The notes: generated from the sequence alone by a model not told the origin. Counted from the first letter of the stretch, positions 45,587 through 55,529 are shown. The stretch: DNA of 64,000 bases from Clostridiales bacterium UBA7103 (GCA_002493305.1 DKYJ01000032.1:16141-80140), one strand, 5' to 3'. Made by a program: numbers and translations.

Positions 45587-47181
45587 TACTTGTGCGTGAC
45601 CTGCGCCTTATGCCGGGTGAGCCGGTGGAGGCGCTGCGGCAGAGAGCCGCCAAAAAGCTGCGCGTATCCGAGGATAAAATAGGGGAGCTTCGCCTTGTAA
45701 AGCGCTCCCTCGACGCCCGGAAGAAGGACGATATTCACTATGTCTGCTCCGTGGCAGTCAGTATCAGCGGAGAGGATAAGATTTTAAAGCGGCTGAGCAG
45801 CCGGGACGCCGCGCCATATACCGAGCCGAAGCTGAATATTCCCGCGTTCACCCCGAAGCTGCCGCCCGTGGTGGTCGGCTTCGGGCCGGGCGGGATGTTC
45901 GCGGCGCTGGTGCTGGCGATGGCGGGGGCAAAGCCCATCGTCATCGAGCGCGGTCGGGACGCGCTGAGCCGCAAGGCGCTGGTGGACGCCTTCCGCGCCG
46001 GGTGCGCGCTTGATAGCGAGTGCAATGTGCAGTTCGGCGAGGGCGGCGCGGGCACATTTTCCGACGGTAAGCTCAACACCGGCGTTAAGGACGCCCGCAT
46101 GGGCTGGATGCTGCGGCAATTTGTGCTGCACGGCGCGCCGGAGAGCATAATTTACGACGCGAAGCCCCACATCGGCACGGACATACTCATTGATGTTGTG
46201 CAGAACATCAGAAAGGACATAATCGCCCGCGGCGGGCAGGTGCTTTTTGAAACCAAGCTCACCGCGCTTGAAATTCAAAACGGCGCTGTCTGCGGCGCGC
46301 GGGTGAGGGATAAGGACGGAGAGCGGGCGATCCCCTGCTCGGCACTGATCCTCGCCATCGGACACTCGGCGCGCGACACCTTTGAGGTGCTCAATACGCA
46401 GGGCGTCCCCATGGAACAAAAGCCTTTTTCCATGGGCGTGCGCATAGAACACCGGCAGACGGACATAGACTTTTCACAGTACGGCAGAGAGCGCGGGGAG
46501 CTGCCCCCGGCGGACTATTCGCTCAATGTCCATCTGCCCGACGGCAGCAGCGCCTATACCTTCTGCATGTGCCCCGGCGGGGAGGTCTTTGCCGCCGCGT
46601 CCGAGGCCGGGGGAGTTGTCACCAACGGCATGAGCTATTCAAAGCGCGACGGGGAGAACGCAAACTCCGCCCTGCTTGTGACGCTGCACACAGAGGACTT
46701 TCCCGGCGAGGGGGTTCTCGCCGGTATGTACTGGCAGCGGGAGATAGAGCGGGCGGCCTACGCCTACGGCGGCGGGAACTACCGCGCGCCCGCCCAGCTG
46801 GTAGTGGATTTCCTTGCCCATAGACCCAGCGCCGGGGCAGGCGCTGTCACACCTAGCTATAAGCCGGGCGTGGTCTGGGGCGAGCTGCGCGAGGTCTTGC
46901 CGGAGAAGATATGCTCCGTCATAGAAAAAGCTCTCCCTGAGCTGGGCAGGAAGCTGCGCGGCTTTGACGCGCCCGATGCGGTCATGACCGCGCCGGAGAC
47001 CCGCTCCTCAAGCCCCGTGCGCATCCTGCGCGGCAAGGATTTGCAGTCCGATATCGCGGGGCTGTATCCCTGCGGCGAGGGCGCGGGCTACGCCGGGGGC
47101 ATATCCTCCGCCGCGCTGGACGGTATCCGCTGCGCGCTGGCAGTGGTAAACGCCGTTGACGAAACACCGGAAAAATGTTAA
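45583..47181 (+). CDS. Uncharacterised FAD-dependent dehydrogenase (COG2509-like)
   Basis: ATGA overlap with the upstream gene. VVGFGPGGMFAAL dinucleotide motif, FSDGKLNT, CPGGEV, GYAGGI. Confidence 0.7.
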   Translation: MILVRDLRLMPGEPVEALRQRAAKKLRVSEDKIGELRLVKRSLDARKKDDIHYVCSVAVSISGEDKILKRLSSRDAAPYTEPKLNIPAFTPKLPPVVVGFGPGGMFAALVLAMAGAKPIVIERGRDALSRKALVDAFRAGCALDSECNVQFGEGGAGTFSDGKLNTGVKDARMGWMLRQFVLHGAPESIIYDAKPHIGTDILIDVVQNIRKDIIARGGQVLFETKLTALEIQNGAVCGARVRDKDGERAIPCSALILAIGHSARDTFEVLNTQGVPMEQKPFSMGVRIEHRQTDIDFSQYGRERGELPPADYSLNVHLPDGSSAYTFCMCPGGEVFAAASEAGGVVTNGMSYSKRDGENANSALLVTLHTEDFPGEGVLAGMYWQREIERAAYAYGGGNYRAPAQLVVDFLAHRPSAGAGAVTPSYKPGVVWGELREVLPEKICSVIEKALPELGRKLRGFDAPDAVMTAPETRSSSPVRILRGKDLQSDIAGLYPCGEGAGYAGGISSAALDGIRCALAVVNAVDETPEKC

Positions 47182-47227
47182 AATGAAAACAGACTAAACA
47201 ACAAAAATTTTTAATGGAGGAAACAAC

Positions 47228-47440
47228 ATGAGCTTCAGAACCATGACCGTCAAAGAGTGCTTTGACAACCCCAAGTGCGTTGCCATCATCAAGGAGTACG
47301 CGCCCAACATCATGAAGTACCCCATCAAGCTCTTCAACAAGAAAAGCTGCGGCGAGGTTTTTGACCTCGTAGTCAGCAAGAAAATCGTCCCCGAGGATGT
47401 GGCCAAAAAAGTCGAGGAAGCCATCAACGCAATACTGTAA
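47228..47440 (+). CDS. Small hypothetical protein (70 aa)
   Basis: GGAGGAAACAAC-ATG RBS, normal-looking composition, followed by a terminator. No family recognised. Confidence 0.55.
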   Translation: MSFRTMTVKECFDNPKCVAIIKEYAPNIMKYPIKLFNKKSCGEVFDLVVSKKIVPEDVAKKVEEAINAIL

Positions 47441-47453
47441 AATGAAGTAATGA

Positions 47454-47490
47454 CACAGCCGCCGAATTTTCGGCGGCTGTGCTGGTTTTT
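47454..47490 (+). terminator. Rho-independent terminator
   Basis: cacagccgccg-aatttt-cggcggctgtg then ctggttttt. Confidence 0.75.
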
Positions 47491-47608
47491 GTGCGCAAAC
47501 CCTTAATTTTGCTTAATATTGGCCATAAAACTTGACGAGGATAAACGGATATAATAGAATATGAGCGGTCAAAACAGTGCGGTCAGACCGTTGAGAGGTG
47601 ATGCGCTG

Positions 47609-48121
47609 ATGAGAAAACGAATCAGAATTTTCGCAATTTTAGCCCTTGTGATAGCGGCAACGCTGATCATCAAGAGCAATTTCCACGATCAGCGGGAGTT
47701 CGAGTGGTATACACGGCATTTTCACTATGTGAAAACAGGTGAGGATGCCATCAGAGTATACGGTACGCCGAAGGGAACTGAATATAGTTATAGCAGTGAC
47801 CTGCAGGGCAAAAGCTACATCTCATATATAACATTATATTATGACGGCTTCTCTTTTGGCATTTTAGGAAGCGATGAAACGAGACACATCTGTAAGATCG
47901 CGATAGACAAGCCCGGTTTACTGCCTCTGCGTTACAGAATTGATATAGGGTCGCCGCGTTATGCTGTCGAGCTTGCATATTTTGATGCGCCGAAATCAAC
48001 GGAAGGCGATGCATATTACTTAAAGCACAGAAACGAAATCTCATGGGAGGGCATATGGATATTCCCGGTTTATGATGAAAATGATATTTTGGTGCAATTC
48101 GAAATTACGGACGGCCTTTGA
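47609..48121 (+). CDS. Hypothetical membrane-anchored protein
   Basis: The start is at MRKRIRIFAILALVIAATLII (signal-anchor). Lower-GC gene, no family recognised. Confidence 0.5.
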   Translation: MRKRIRIFAILALVIAATLIIKSNFHDQREFEWYTRHFHYVKTGEDAIRVYGTPKGTEYSYSSDLQGKSYISYITLYYDGFSFGILGSDETRHICKIAIDKPGLLPLRYRIDIGSPRYAVELAYFDAPKSTEGDAYYLKHRNEISWEGIWIFPVYDENDILVQFEITDGL

Positions 48122-48377
48122 CGGGCTGGGAGTATGGGATGAAGTAAGTCTTGCGCGGCGCAGGATGGAAGAACACTGTACTAAGCCTTTGGAAAGGGTC
48201 ACCCAATAGGGGAAACCGCCGCCGCGGTGTCCCCTGTTGGCCGTTTCAATTAGGGTGGTTTTTAGGAGGGGAAGAAAACGGAATCTTCCCCTCCTAAATT
48301 TTTCTTTGCAACTTTCTTGAAACCAAGAAAGTTGACAAAAACACTCTCTTGACGCGGAAAGCTTTATTTGACATTTT

Positions 48378-49406
48378 TCATTTCCTGTGCTTCAGCTTTG
48401 TAAACAGGGCGGGGGCAAGCTCGCCGGTTTTGGCCACTGCGTGGAATGCGGTGAGGGTCAGGTCGGGGTTGCCGCTGCGCAGGACGCGGCAGAGCGTCTC
48501 CGTGGGCAGGCCGCCGGAGGTGTCCCGGCAGCGGGCGAGAACCTGCTCGTTTGTGATGATCTCTTCGGCGACGCGGCGCTTTTCCGCCCGCGTCAGCGTG
48601 CAGGAGCGGGAGAAGAGATTGGTAAGGCAGGAGAAAACGCTCTTTGCGAACATATACCGGAAATCCGCTTCATTCTCCGCACCAAGCTCCCGGCAGAGAG
48701 CCTGAACGCGCCGGTCTATCTCGAGGCAGACGGCAAATTTCCTGTCGTAATAGCGGGTTATAAGGCTCTCGCCCTCGTGCATGATGTAATGATACTTGCA
48801 CTCCGGCAGCACAGTTACACGCCCGACCTTTTCAAGACAGGAGAAGATAAAGAGCCTGTCCTCGCCCCAACGGTAATCAGGAAAGCGTATGTTGTTCCGG
48901 CGAATAAGCTCCGCCGAATATAGCTTGCCCCAGACTTGATTCAAAAGATTGGCCTTATAAAGCCGCGCGAGACTGTGCCCCAGCTCCGCGCGGTCAATGC
49001 TCTGCTCCGGCTCGTTATATTCCCTGTGAGAGCCGTCAACATTGTCTATCGCGTAGCCAAAAACGACCATATCCGCATCTACGGCGCCCCTGAGGGCGTA
49101 TTCCACCGCATCGGGCGCGAGCGCGTCATCCGCGTCGATAAACATCACATATTCCGCCTCCGGGGAGACAAGCTCCAGCGCGCGGTTGCGCGCCATGGCG
49201 GGGCCGCCGTTTTGAACGCTCACCGGGCGCAGGCGCCCGTCCTCCGCCGCCATCCGGCGCAGGAGCTCCGCCGTGCCGTCATGGGAGCCGTCGTCAATGA
49301 CTATAAGCTCCAGCTCCCTGTGGCTCTGGGAAAGAACGCTTTTCACCGAGCCTTCGATGAACTTCTCTGCGTTGTAAGCCGGCATAATGACAGATACCTT
49401 GCTCAT
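48378..49406 (-). CDS. Family 2 glycosyltransferase
   Basis: VSVIMPAYNAEKFI ... LIVIDDGSHDGT ... FIDADD. Confidence 0.85.
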   Translation of the reverse strand: MSKVSVIMPAYNAEKFIEGSVKSVLSQSHRELELIVIDDGSHDGTAELLRRMAAEDGRLRPVSVQNGGPAMARNRALELVSPEAEYVMFIDADDALAPDAVEYALRGAVDADMVVFGYAIDNVDGSHREYNEPEQSIDRAELGHSLARLYKANLLNQVWGKLYSAELIRRNNIRFPDYRWGEDRLFIFSCLEKVGRVTVLPECKYHYIMHEGESLITRYYDRKFAVCLEIDRRVQALCRELGAENEADFRYMFAKSVFSCLTNLFSRSCTLTRAEKRRVAEEIITNEQVLARCRDTSGGLPTETLCRVLRSGNPDLTLTAFHAVAKTGELAPALFTKLKHRK

Positions 49407-50077
49407 TTGGCCTCCGTTTCCGCGGCGAGAGCCGCCTCAGACAGAAAATCGTACAGCTCCATAAGCTCAAGATACGCCGCGCATACGGTCTGCGGCAGCA
49501 TTTCGGTCAGCTCCTCACCGCCGCAGTCGACCCTGTGGGTCACATACAGCGTGCGCCGGTTATACCAGTTTGCCGTGTGCCCCTCGGCCTTGCCCTTGGG
49601 CCGCTTATACTCCTGACCGCCGACAAACCAGCGCCCGCTGTCCTCAATTTTGGCCGCTATGCGCTCAAAGCGCGCGGGGTTTGCGTCGACAGCCTTGCGA
49701 AAGGCCGCCATCAGCGCGGGAGTCGGCTCTGAAAAGCCCATGCCGTACTCATACCGCGCAGCGCCAATCTCAAACCAGAAATCCGGCGCGAGCCCGGAGC
49801 GCCGCTTGCTCCATATGGAAAACCACATATGATCCTTAAACGGCCCTCTGCCGAAAAGCCGCCGCGCGTCCCGGTAGATGCGGGAGACATGGAGTTGAAA
49901 ATCCTCCCCGGGGAAGCGCGCGTTCATTATTTCAAGACAGTCCGCCCCCAACTCCTTCATGGGTCGGTGGACACACTCCTCAAACAGCGCCTTTCGAGGG
50001 AGAAACCACTCCCGCTCATTATTAAAACTGATACCCCAAAAAAATTCGGCGGTATCTTTGGTAAAGCCCTTAAACAT
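49403..50077 (-). CDS. DUF2461 (TIGR02453) family protein
   Basis: The start is at MFKGFTKDTAEFFWGISFNNEREWF (ATG 50075-50077) after AGGAGAGG, a typical N-terminal signature of the family. Confidence 0.7.
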   Translation of the reverse strand: MFKGFTKDTAEFFWGISFNNEREWFLPRKALFEECVHRPMKELGADCLEIMNARFPGEDFQLHVSRIYRDARRLFGRGPFKDHMWFSIWSKRRSGLAPDFWFEIGAARYEYGMGFSEPTPALMAAFRKAVDANPARFERIAAKIEDSGRWFVGGQEYKRPKGKAEGHTANWYNRRTLYVTHRVDCGGEELTEMLPQTVCAAYLELMELYDFLSEAALAAETEAK

Positions 50078-50226
50078 CTCAGTATCCTCTCCTGCATGGT
50101 ATGCCTGAATTTTACCACAGAGTCCGGGAGATATGCAAGAAAAGGCTTGCAAAAACAGCGTTTATACTGTAATATGTAAGGGCTAAAAATTTATTATAGA
50201 TAATATTTGTTCGGGAGGGCCCATTT

Positions 50227-50784
50227 ATGATTACAGCAGGCGATTTCAGAAACGGCGTTACCTTTGAGATGGACGGTCAGGTCATGCAGGTCGTTGAGTT
50301 CCAGCATGTCAAGCCCGGTAAGGGCGCGGCCTTTGTCCGCACCAAGATGAAAAATGTCATCACCGGTGCCGTCACCGAAACTTCCTTTAACCCCACCGCG
50401 AAGTTTGAAAACGCGACCGTTGACCGCATGACCATGGAGTACAGCTATGCCGACGGTAACCTTTATTACTTCATGAACCCCGAGACTTATGAGCTTGAGC
50501 CGGTGGACGAGTCCGTCCTGGGCGACAACTTCAAGTTCGTCAAGGAAAATATGGAGTGCACCATCTACTCCTACAAGGGCAAGGTCTTTAATGTTGAGCC
50601 GCCCTTCTTCGTGGAGCTTGAGGTCACTGAGACCGATCCGGGTTTTGCCGGCAACACCGCCACCAATGCCACCAAGCCCGCCACCCTTGAGACTGGCGCC
50701 GAGATAAAGGTTCCTCTCTTTATAGAGCGCGGCGAGAAGATCAAGGTCGATACCCGTACCGGCGAGTATCTGTCCAGAGCGTAA
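50227..50784 (+). CDS. efp: Elongation factor P
   Basis: [44 protein letters not shown], the canonical EF-P N-terminus including the KPGKG loop. Confidence 0.95.
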   Translation: MITAGDFRNGVTFEMDGQVMQVVEFQHVKPGKGAAFVRTKMKNVITGAVTETSFNPTAKFENATVDRMTMEYSYADGNLYYFMNPETYELEPVDESVLGDNFKFVKENMECTIYSYKGKVFNVEPPFFVELEVTETDPGFAGNTATNATKPATLETGAEIKVPLFIERGEKIKVDTRTGEYLSRA

Positions 50785-50844
50785 GAGCCCGATTGGCGGC
50801 CTTGCCATAGTTGTCCGATTTAAGCCAGCGAAAAGGAGGTTTTC

Positions 50845-51315
50845 ATCATAACAGTTGTTGAAAAAGCGGCATACCTGAAGGGTCTTGTCGAGGGGCTGGG
50901 CGTTGAGCCCGATTCCAGAGACGGGAAGCTCTGGGGCGCATTGACGGATCTCTTGTCCGATATGGCTCACGAGGTGGAGGATCTTCAGGCCAGCGACCTT
51001 GACTTTGCCGAGGCTCTGGACGAGATCAGCGAGGATCTTACCTATCTGGAGGAGCTGACCTGCGATCTGGATATGCCGGAGGATGAGGACGAAGAATGTT
51101 TTGGCGATTGTGCCTCATGCCTTGATCCCTGTGACCAAGCAGATGAGGACGATGAGGAGCTGGAGTATGATGGCGTTTTGTATGACGCGACCTGCCCCGG
51201 CTGCGGCGAGGAGATAACCTTTGATCAGGACACGCTGGACGAGGGCTCCATCAAGTGCCCCAACTGCGGGGAGCTGCTTGAGTTCGACCTCAGCGACGCT
51301 GACGGCGAGGAATAA
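50845..51315 (+). CDS. Acidic protein with C-terminal zinc ribbon (CD1247-N-domain-like); start codon uncertain or non-canonical
   Basis: The frame is open from 50824. AAAGGAGG lies at 50832-50839, but the first canonical start is TTG at 50941. The upstream in-frame sequence ITVVEKAAYLKGLVEGLGV looks like genuine protein. C-terminal CPGCGEE...CPNCGE. Confidence 0.6.
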   Translation: MITVVEKAAYLKGLVEGLGVEPDSRDGKLWGALTDLLSDMAHEVEDLQASDLDFAEALDEISEDLTYLEELTCDLDMPEDEDEECFGDCASCLDPCDQADEDDEELEYDGVLYDATCPGCGEEITFDQDTLDEGSIKCPNCGELLEFDLSDADGEE

Positions 51316-51329
51316 ATCACAATAAACAG

Positions 51330-51351
51330 GGGGCTGTCTGTTGACAGCCCC
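51330..51351 (+). terminator. Terminator hairpin of the zinc-ribbon gene
   Basis: ggggctgtc-tgtt-gacagcccc then tt. The family-2 repeat starts right after it. Confidence 0.5.
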
Positions 51352-51352
51352 T

Positions 51353-51557
51353 TCAGCTTGTCAAAAAAGTCCTTGCAGGACTTTTTTGACCGCTTCAGCC
51401 GCCGAGTGTTTTGAATAAGTTCAAAACGCTGCTTCGCCCGAAAATCCCGTATTTACGGGCTTTTCTGCGGCGGGTTATTTTACACGAGGCGGGCCTTGCC
51501 CCCTCGAGCACCCCCGCTGTTCTATTGTCGTTCACTGGCAGTATAGGCTTTTTTGAC
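51353..51557 (-). repeat. ~205-nt multi-hairpin repeat, family 2, copy b (reverse orientation relative to copy a)
   Basis: The reverse complement aligns with 43967-44170. It is flanked by the 11-nt direct repeat gacagcccctt (51343-51353 and 51555-51565). Confidence 0.75.
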
Positions 51558-51683
51558 AGCCCCTTATTTTTGCCCATATTCTCGCTCCGCGAGAGAGATT
51601 TACGGTCTGCGGGCTGGTAAATTATCTGCCGCTTTGGTAGGATCCAAGCAGACCGGTCAATAAAATCAAAGGGTGACATCAAA

Positions 51684-52943
51684 ATGGAAAAGAAATCTAT
51701 CGGCTCTTTCATCGCCGCGCTGAGAAAAGCCAAGGGGCTTACGCAGCGGGAGCTGGCGGAAAAGCTGAATGTGTCCGACAAGGCGGTGAGCCGCTGGGAG
51801 CGGGAGGAGAGCCTGCCCGATCTGAGCCTTATCCCCGCCATTGCGGAGATCTTCGGCGTGACGGCGGACGAGCTTCTGCGCGGGGAGCGCATGAAGGAGG
51901 GGGAGAGCCTGCCCCGCGCCGAGGAAAAGAGCGAAAAGCAGCTTAAGAATCTGGTCAGCCGCAGCCTTTTGCGCTTCAATAACCGCAGCATCATTGCCGC
52001 CGGGGTCGCGCTGGCGGGGCTTATCGGCGCGATGGTTGCCAATGTTGGCTTTAACAAAGCATGGGTCGCCTTTTTCATCGCCCTCGTGTTCTATCTGGCT
52101 GCAGCGCTGTGCGAGACGGGCTTCACCGTCGCCGCAATGGCGGCGCTGAATGTGGAGGAGGACAGCGAAGCGATTCGGGGGGCGCGGCACAAGATTTTGA
52201 ACCGGGCGCTGCTGGTGTTCGGGCTTGTTATCGTCCTCTTTGCCGCGACACTGCCGCTGATTATTTTCCCGTGGAGCGCCTATATGGGACTTACCGGGGA
52301 TAGCTGGCTTGTTAACGGCGCAATCTGCGGCTGTTATGGGCTGCTGGCGAGTATGTTTGTTGCGTGGCTAAGTGTGGGCATTGCCGTCAAACGCGGGCTG
52401 TTCAGTCTTGACGCAAAGCAGCGCGCCCGCCGCCGTCTGCGTGTGATAAGCGTCCTGACCACACTGGGCGTAATGGGGCTGACCCTCGTTGCCGATATCC
52501 TGCTGACGGAGAATGTGACCATGTACGCGGACGCAATAGTTTTTGACAATTACGAGGATTTCACAACTTATATGATGCGCAAGGAGGAAGTGGGCGAGCA
52601 GTACGGCGGTGTGGCCATTGCGCCTGAGAGCAGCATAACCTACTACGATGAGGACGGAAACCCCACCACGGAGGCAAAATCCCGCATGCAGGAGATAGTC
52701 AACACCGAGGGGGAGACGGTGCTTCGCTATTACCGCCGAAACGACAACGCCGTCATCATCCGCTATGAAGCCAGCGACAGCTGCCTACCTATTACGGTCA
52801 TTACGCAGGATGCGCTGAACGGTGCTCATGCCACAGTGGACATATTGGATAAGGTTTTTGCCGCCCTGTATATCGCGGAGCTTGTCGCCGCCATCGTCAT
52901 ATACATGATAAAAAGCCGGCGCATCGAAAAGCGCGCGGCGTGA
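51684..52943 (+). CDS. XRE-family HTH protein fused to a multi-TM and extracytoplasmic region
   Basis: IAALRKAKGLTQRELAEKLNVSDKAVSRWEREESLPD, followed by several TM helices. Confidence 0.75.
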   Translation: MEKKSIGSFIAALRKAKGLTQRELAEKLNVSDKAVSRWEREESLPDLSLIPAIAEIFGVTADELLRGERMKEGESLPRAEEKSEKQLKNLVSRSLLRFNNRSIIAAGVALAGLIGAMVANVGFNKAWVAFFIALVFYLAAALCETGFTVAAMAALNVEEDSEAIRGARHKILNRALLVFGLVIVLFAATLPLIIFPWSAYMGLTGDSWLVNGAICGCYGLLASMFVAWLSVGIAVKRGLFSLDAKQRARRRLRVISVLTTLGVMGLTLVADILLTENVTMYADAIVFDNYEDFTTYMMRKEEVGEQYGGVAIAPESSITYYDEDGNPTTEAKSRMQEIVNTEGETVLRYYRRNDNAVIIRYEASDSCLPITVITQDALNGAHATVDILDKVFAALYIAELVAAIVIYMIKSRRIEKRAA

Positions 52944-53026
52944 CAAATAGGAAAGAGCATGGTATAATGACCTTGAGCAATATGCTCAGGGTCATTATTG
53001 TTGTCAAAGTGTATACCCAGCCCAAC

Positions 53027-53156
53027 CTGCTTCCCCCTGAGGGGGAAGTGGCGCGAAGCGCCGATAGGGGGGCTGCCCTGCACCAAGGTGAGATAGGAGC
53101 AAGACTCCCCCCTTCAGTCAGCTTGCGCTGACAGCTCCCCCTCAGGGGGAGCCAAG
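53027..53156 (+). repeat. GC-rich multi-hairpin repeat, family 1, copy C (most compact)
   Basis: cttccccctgagggggaag / ggcgcgaagcgcc / gataggggggc...cccccc / gtcagcttgcgctgac / gctccccctcagggggagc. Confidence 0.75.
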
Positions 53157-53241
53157 GGCTTTTACGGTGAGGAGGCATGAGGTTTTTGGCAGTCTCAATG
53201 ACGTACGCTCAGGGTAATTATTTTTTTGCGAGGTGAGGGTG

Positions 53242-54492
53242 ATGTACAAGCCTCTTGCGGATGAAATCCGCCCCGACAGTCTGGACGATGTTGTCGGGCA
53301 GAAGCATATTTTGGGGCGGGACGGCATGCTCCGCCGTATCGTGGAGAGCGGGCAGATACCGAACATGATCTTCTACGGCCCGTCCGGCACGGGAAAAACC
53401 ACCGTCGCCCGCATTATCGCCCAGCGCACGCACCGCAGCCTGCGCAAGCTCAACGCTACCACCGCGGGCATTGCCGATATAAAGAAAATTATCGACGAGC
53501 TGGACACCTTCCTTGCCCCCGGCGGCGTGCTGCTGTATCTGGACGAGATCCAGTATTTCAACAAAAAGCAGCAGCAATCTCTGCTGGAATTTATCGAGGA
53601 CGGGCGCATTACGCTCATCGCCTCCACCACGGAAAATCCGTATTTCTGCGTGTTTAACGCCATTTTGAGCCGCAGCACCGTCTTTGAATTCAAGCCCATC
53701 TCCGCTGAGGACGCGCAGGGCGCGGTGCGGAGGGCTATTGACATCATGAACGGCCGTCGGGAGCGCCCCCTTGAGTTTGAGCCGGAGGTTATCCGCCATA
53801 TGGCGAGCGCCTGCGGGGGCGATGTGCGCAAGGCGATAAACTCGGTCGAGCTGCTTTTCTCCGCCGCCGGGACGCGCGATAAGATAAGCCTCGAGGACGC
53901 GAAGGCCATCTCCCAGCGCAGCGCCATGCGCTATGACCGGGAGGGGGACGAGCATTTTGACATTCTATCCTCCTTGATGAAGTCCCTGCGCGGCTCTGAC
54001 CCCGACGCGGCGATGCACTATCTGGCGCGGCTTTTGGAGGTGGGCGACCTTGTGGGCGCCTGCCGCCGCATCCTCTGCTCGGCGAGCGAGGATATCGGCC
54101 TTGCCTATCCGCAGGCCGTGCCCATCGTGAAAGCCTGCGTGGATTCTGCCTTGCAGCTCGGCCTGCCGGAGGCGCGCCTGCCGCTGGCAGAAGCCTGCCT
54201 GCTGCTGGCCACCGCGCCCAAGTCGAACACCGCCTGCATAGCGATAGATAAAGCTTTAGCCGATGTGCGCGCCGGCAGGACGGGCAGCATACCGCGCGAG
54301 CTTCAGAATGTCCACGCCGACGGCACGGGCTTTGAGCGGGAGCAGGGCTATAAATATCCCCACAATTACCCCGGCCACTGGGTAAAGCAGCAGTATTTGC
54401 CCGACCCAATCAAGAACGCCGTCTATTACGAGTACGGCGACAACAAGACCGAGCAGGCCGCCAAGCGCTATTGGGACGAGATAAAAAAGTAA
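53242..54492 (+). CDS. rarA: Replication-associated recombination protein A (RarA/MgsA AAA+ ATPase)
   Basis: GPSGTGKTT, LLYLDEIQYFNK, MgsA_C-type region (DEHFD, SALMKSLRGSDPDAA, HYLARLL). Confidence 0.92.
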   Translation: MYKPLADEIRPDSLDDVVGQKHILGRDGMLRRIVESGQIPNMIFYGPSGTGKTTVARIIAQRTHRSLRKLNATTAGIADIKKIIDELDTFLAPGGVLLYLDEIQYFNKKQQQSLLEFIEDGRITLIASTTENPYFCVFNAILSRSTVFEFKPISAEDAQGAVRRAIDIMNGRRERPLEFEPEVIRHMASACGGDVRKAINSVELLFSAAGTRDKISLEDAKAISQRSAMRYDREGDEHFDILSSLMKSLRGSDPDAAMHYLARLLEVGDLVGACRRILCSASEDIGLAYPQAVPIVKACVDSALQLGLPEARLPLAEACLLLATAPKSNTACIAIDKALADVRAGRTGSIPRELQNVHADGTGFEREQGYKYPHNYPGHWVKQQYLPDPIKNAVYYEYGDNKTEQAAKRYWDEIKK

Positions 54493-54503
54493 TGGAGATT
54501 TGT

Positions 54504-54680
54504 ATGGATATTCAGGTCGGAGATGTGCTCACAATGAAAAAGCCCCACCCCTGCGGCAGCAGGGAATGGCTCGTTCTGCGCATCGGGGCGGATTTTAAGC
54601 TCCGGTGCATGGGCTGCGGCCATGAGGTCATGGGCGCGCGCTCGAAATTTGAAAAAAACGTGAAAGATATACGCCGATGA
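54504..54680 (+). CDS. DUF951-family small protein
   Basis: MDIQVGDVLTMKKPHPCGSREWLVLRIGADFKLRCMGCGHEVM. ATG at 54504 lies 6 nt after GGAG. Confidence 0.75.
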   Translation: MDIQVGDVLTMKKPHPCGSREWLVLRIGADFKLRCMGCGHEVMGARSKFEKNVKDIRR

Positions 54681-54931
54681 ATTGGGTGTATATTCTCCGC
54701 TGCTCCGATGATACGCTCTATTGCGGCTGGACAAATGACCTTGACCACCGGCTCAAGACCCACAACTCCGGCAAGGGCGCAAAGTATACCCGCTCCCGCC
54801 TGCCGGTGGAGCTTGTGTACAGCGAGGCGCTGGACAGCCCCTCCGCCGCCCTGCGCCGCGAATGCGAGATAAAAAAGCTCAGCAGGAGAGAAAAATTGAA
54901 ATTGATAGAAAAAAGCACTGAAAATCCGTGA
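54677..54931 (+). CDS. GIY-YIG nuclease-family protein (small, stand-alone)
   Basis: WVYILRCSDDTLYCGWTNDLDHRLKTHN ... E.KIK. Confidence 0.8.
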   Translation: MNWVYILRCSDDTLYCGWTNDLDHRLKTHNSGKGAKYTRSRLPVELVYSEALDSPSAALRRECEIKKLSRREKLKLIEKSTENP

Positions 54932-54947
54932 GTTTCAGTGCTTTTTT
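54909..54947. terminator. Bidirectional terminator
   Basis: aaaaaagcactgaaa-atccgtgag-tttcagtgctttttt. Confidence 0.75.
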
Positions 54948-54953
54948 ATCATC

Positions 54954-55529
54954 TCACCCCTCCAAATCGGGCTTGGCGAGCTTTATATACACCTTGCCGG
55001 AGACGGAGCTGAGGTTGAAGTTTTCAAGATAAATAATATATGTGTCGCTGTAATTGCCGTAAGGATAGGTGGTAGTCCTGTCACCCTTGGGCCAGAAGGT
55101 CAGGGAATCCTCAATGGGCACCGTCTCGGAGCTTGTGACCTCGCCAGTGTATTCAAGGGTATTAAAATCCACGGTGAAATTACCGGTTTTTACAACTCCT
55201 GTGGCGGTAAAATCAATTTTCAGCGTGTCCTTATGCTTAGAGTCATTGGCGGCGGTGTAGCCCTGCCGCAGGGCAAAGCCGTAGGACATCTGTACGGAGC
55301 TTATCTCCCCGGCGTTGTCCCCATCGGTGAGCTTGGAGTCGGCGCGAAAAGCCTTGAACTCGAAATAATCCAGCAGGTTTTCCGGCGTTATATCCACCTC
55401 ATATATCCTGTCGTAATCCACAGTGGCGCTCTCTTCCGGCTCGGCGGGGGTGGACTCATCGTCCTTGCCGCAGGCGCACAGGCACAAAAGCATCGCCGTG
55501 CAGAGAACAAAAGACATTATTTTTTTCAT
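54954..55529 (-). CDS. Hypothetical lipoprotein
   Basis: The start is at MKKIMSFVLCTAMLLCLCACGKDD (lipobox). No family recognised. Confidence 0.65.
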   Translation of the reverse strand: MKKIMSFVLCTAMLLCLCACGKDDESTPAEPEESATVDYDRIYEVDITPENLLDYFEFKAFRADSKLTDGDNAGEISSVQMSYGFALRQGYTAANDSKHKDTLKIDFTATGVVKTGNFTVDFNTLEYTGEVTSSETVPIEDSLTFWPKGDRTTTYPYGNYSDTYIIYLENFNLSSVSGKVYIKLAKPDLEG

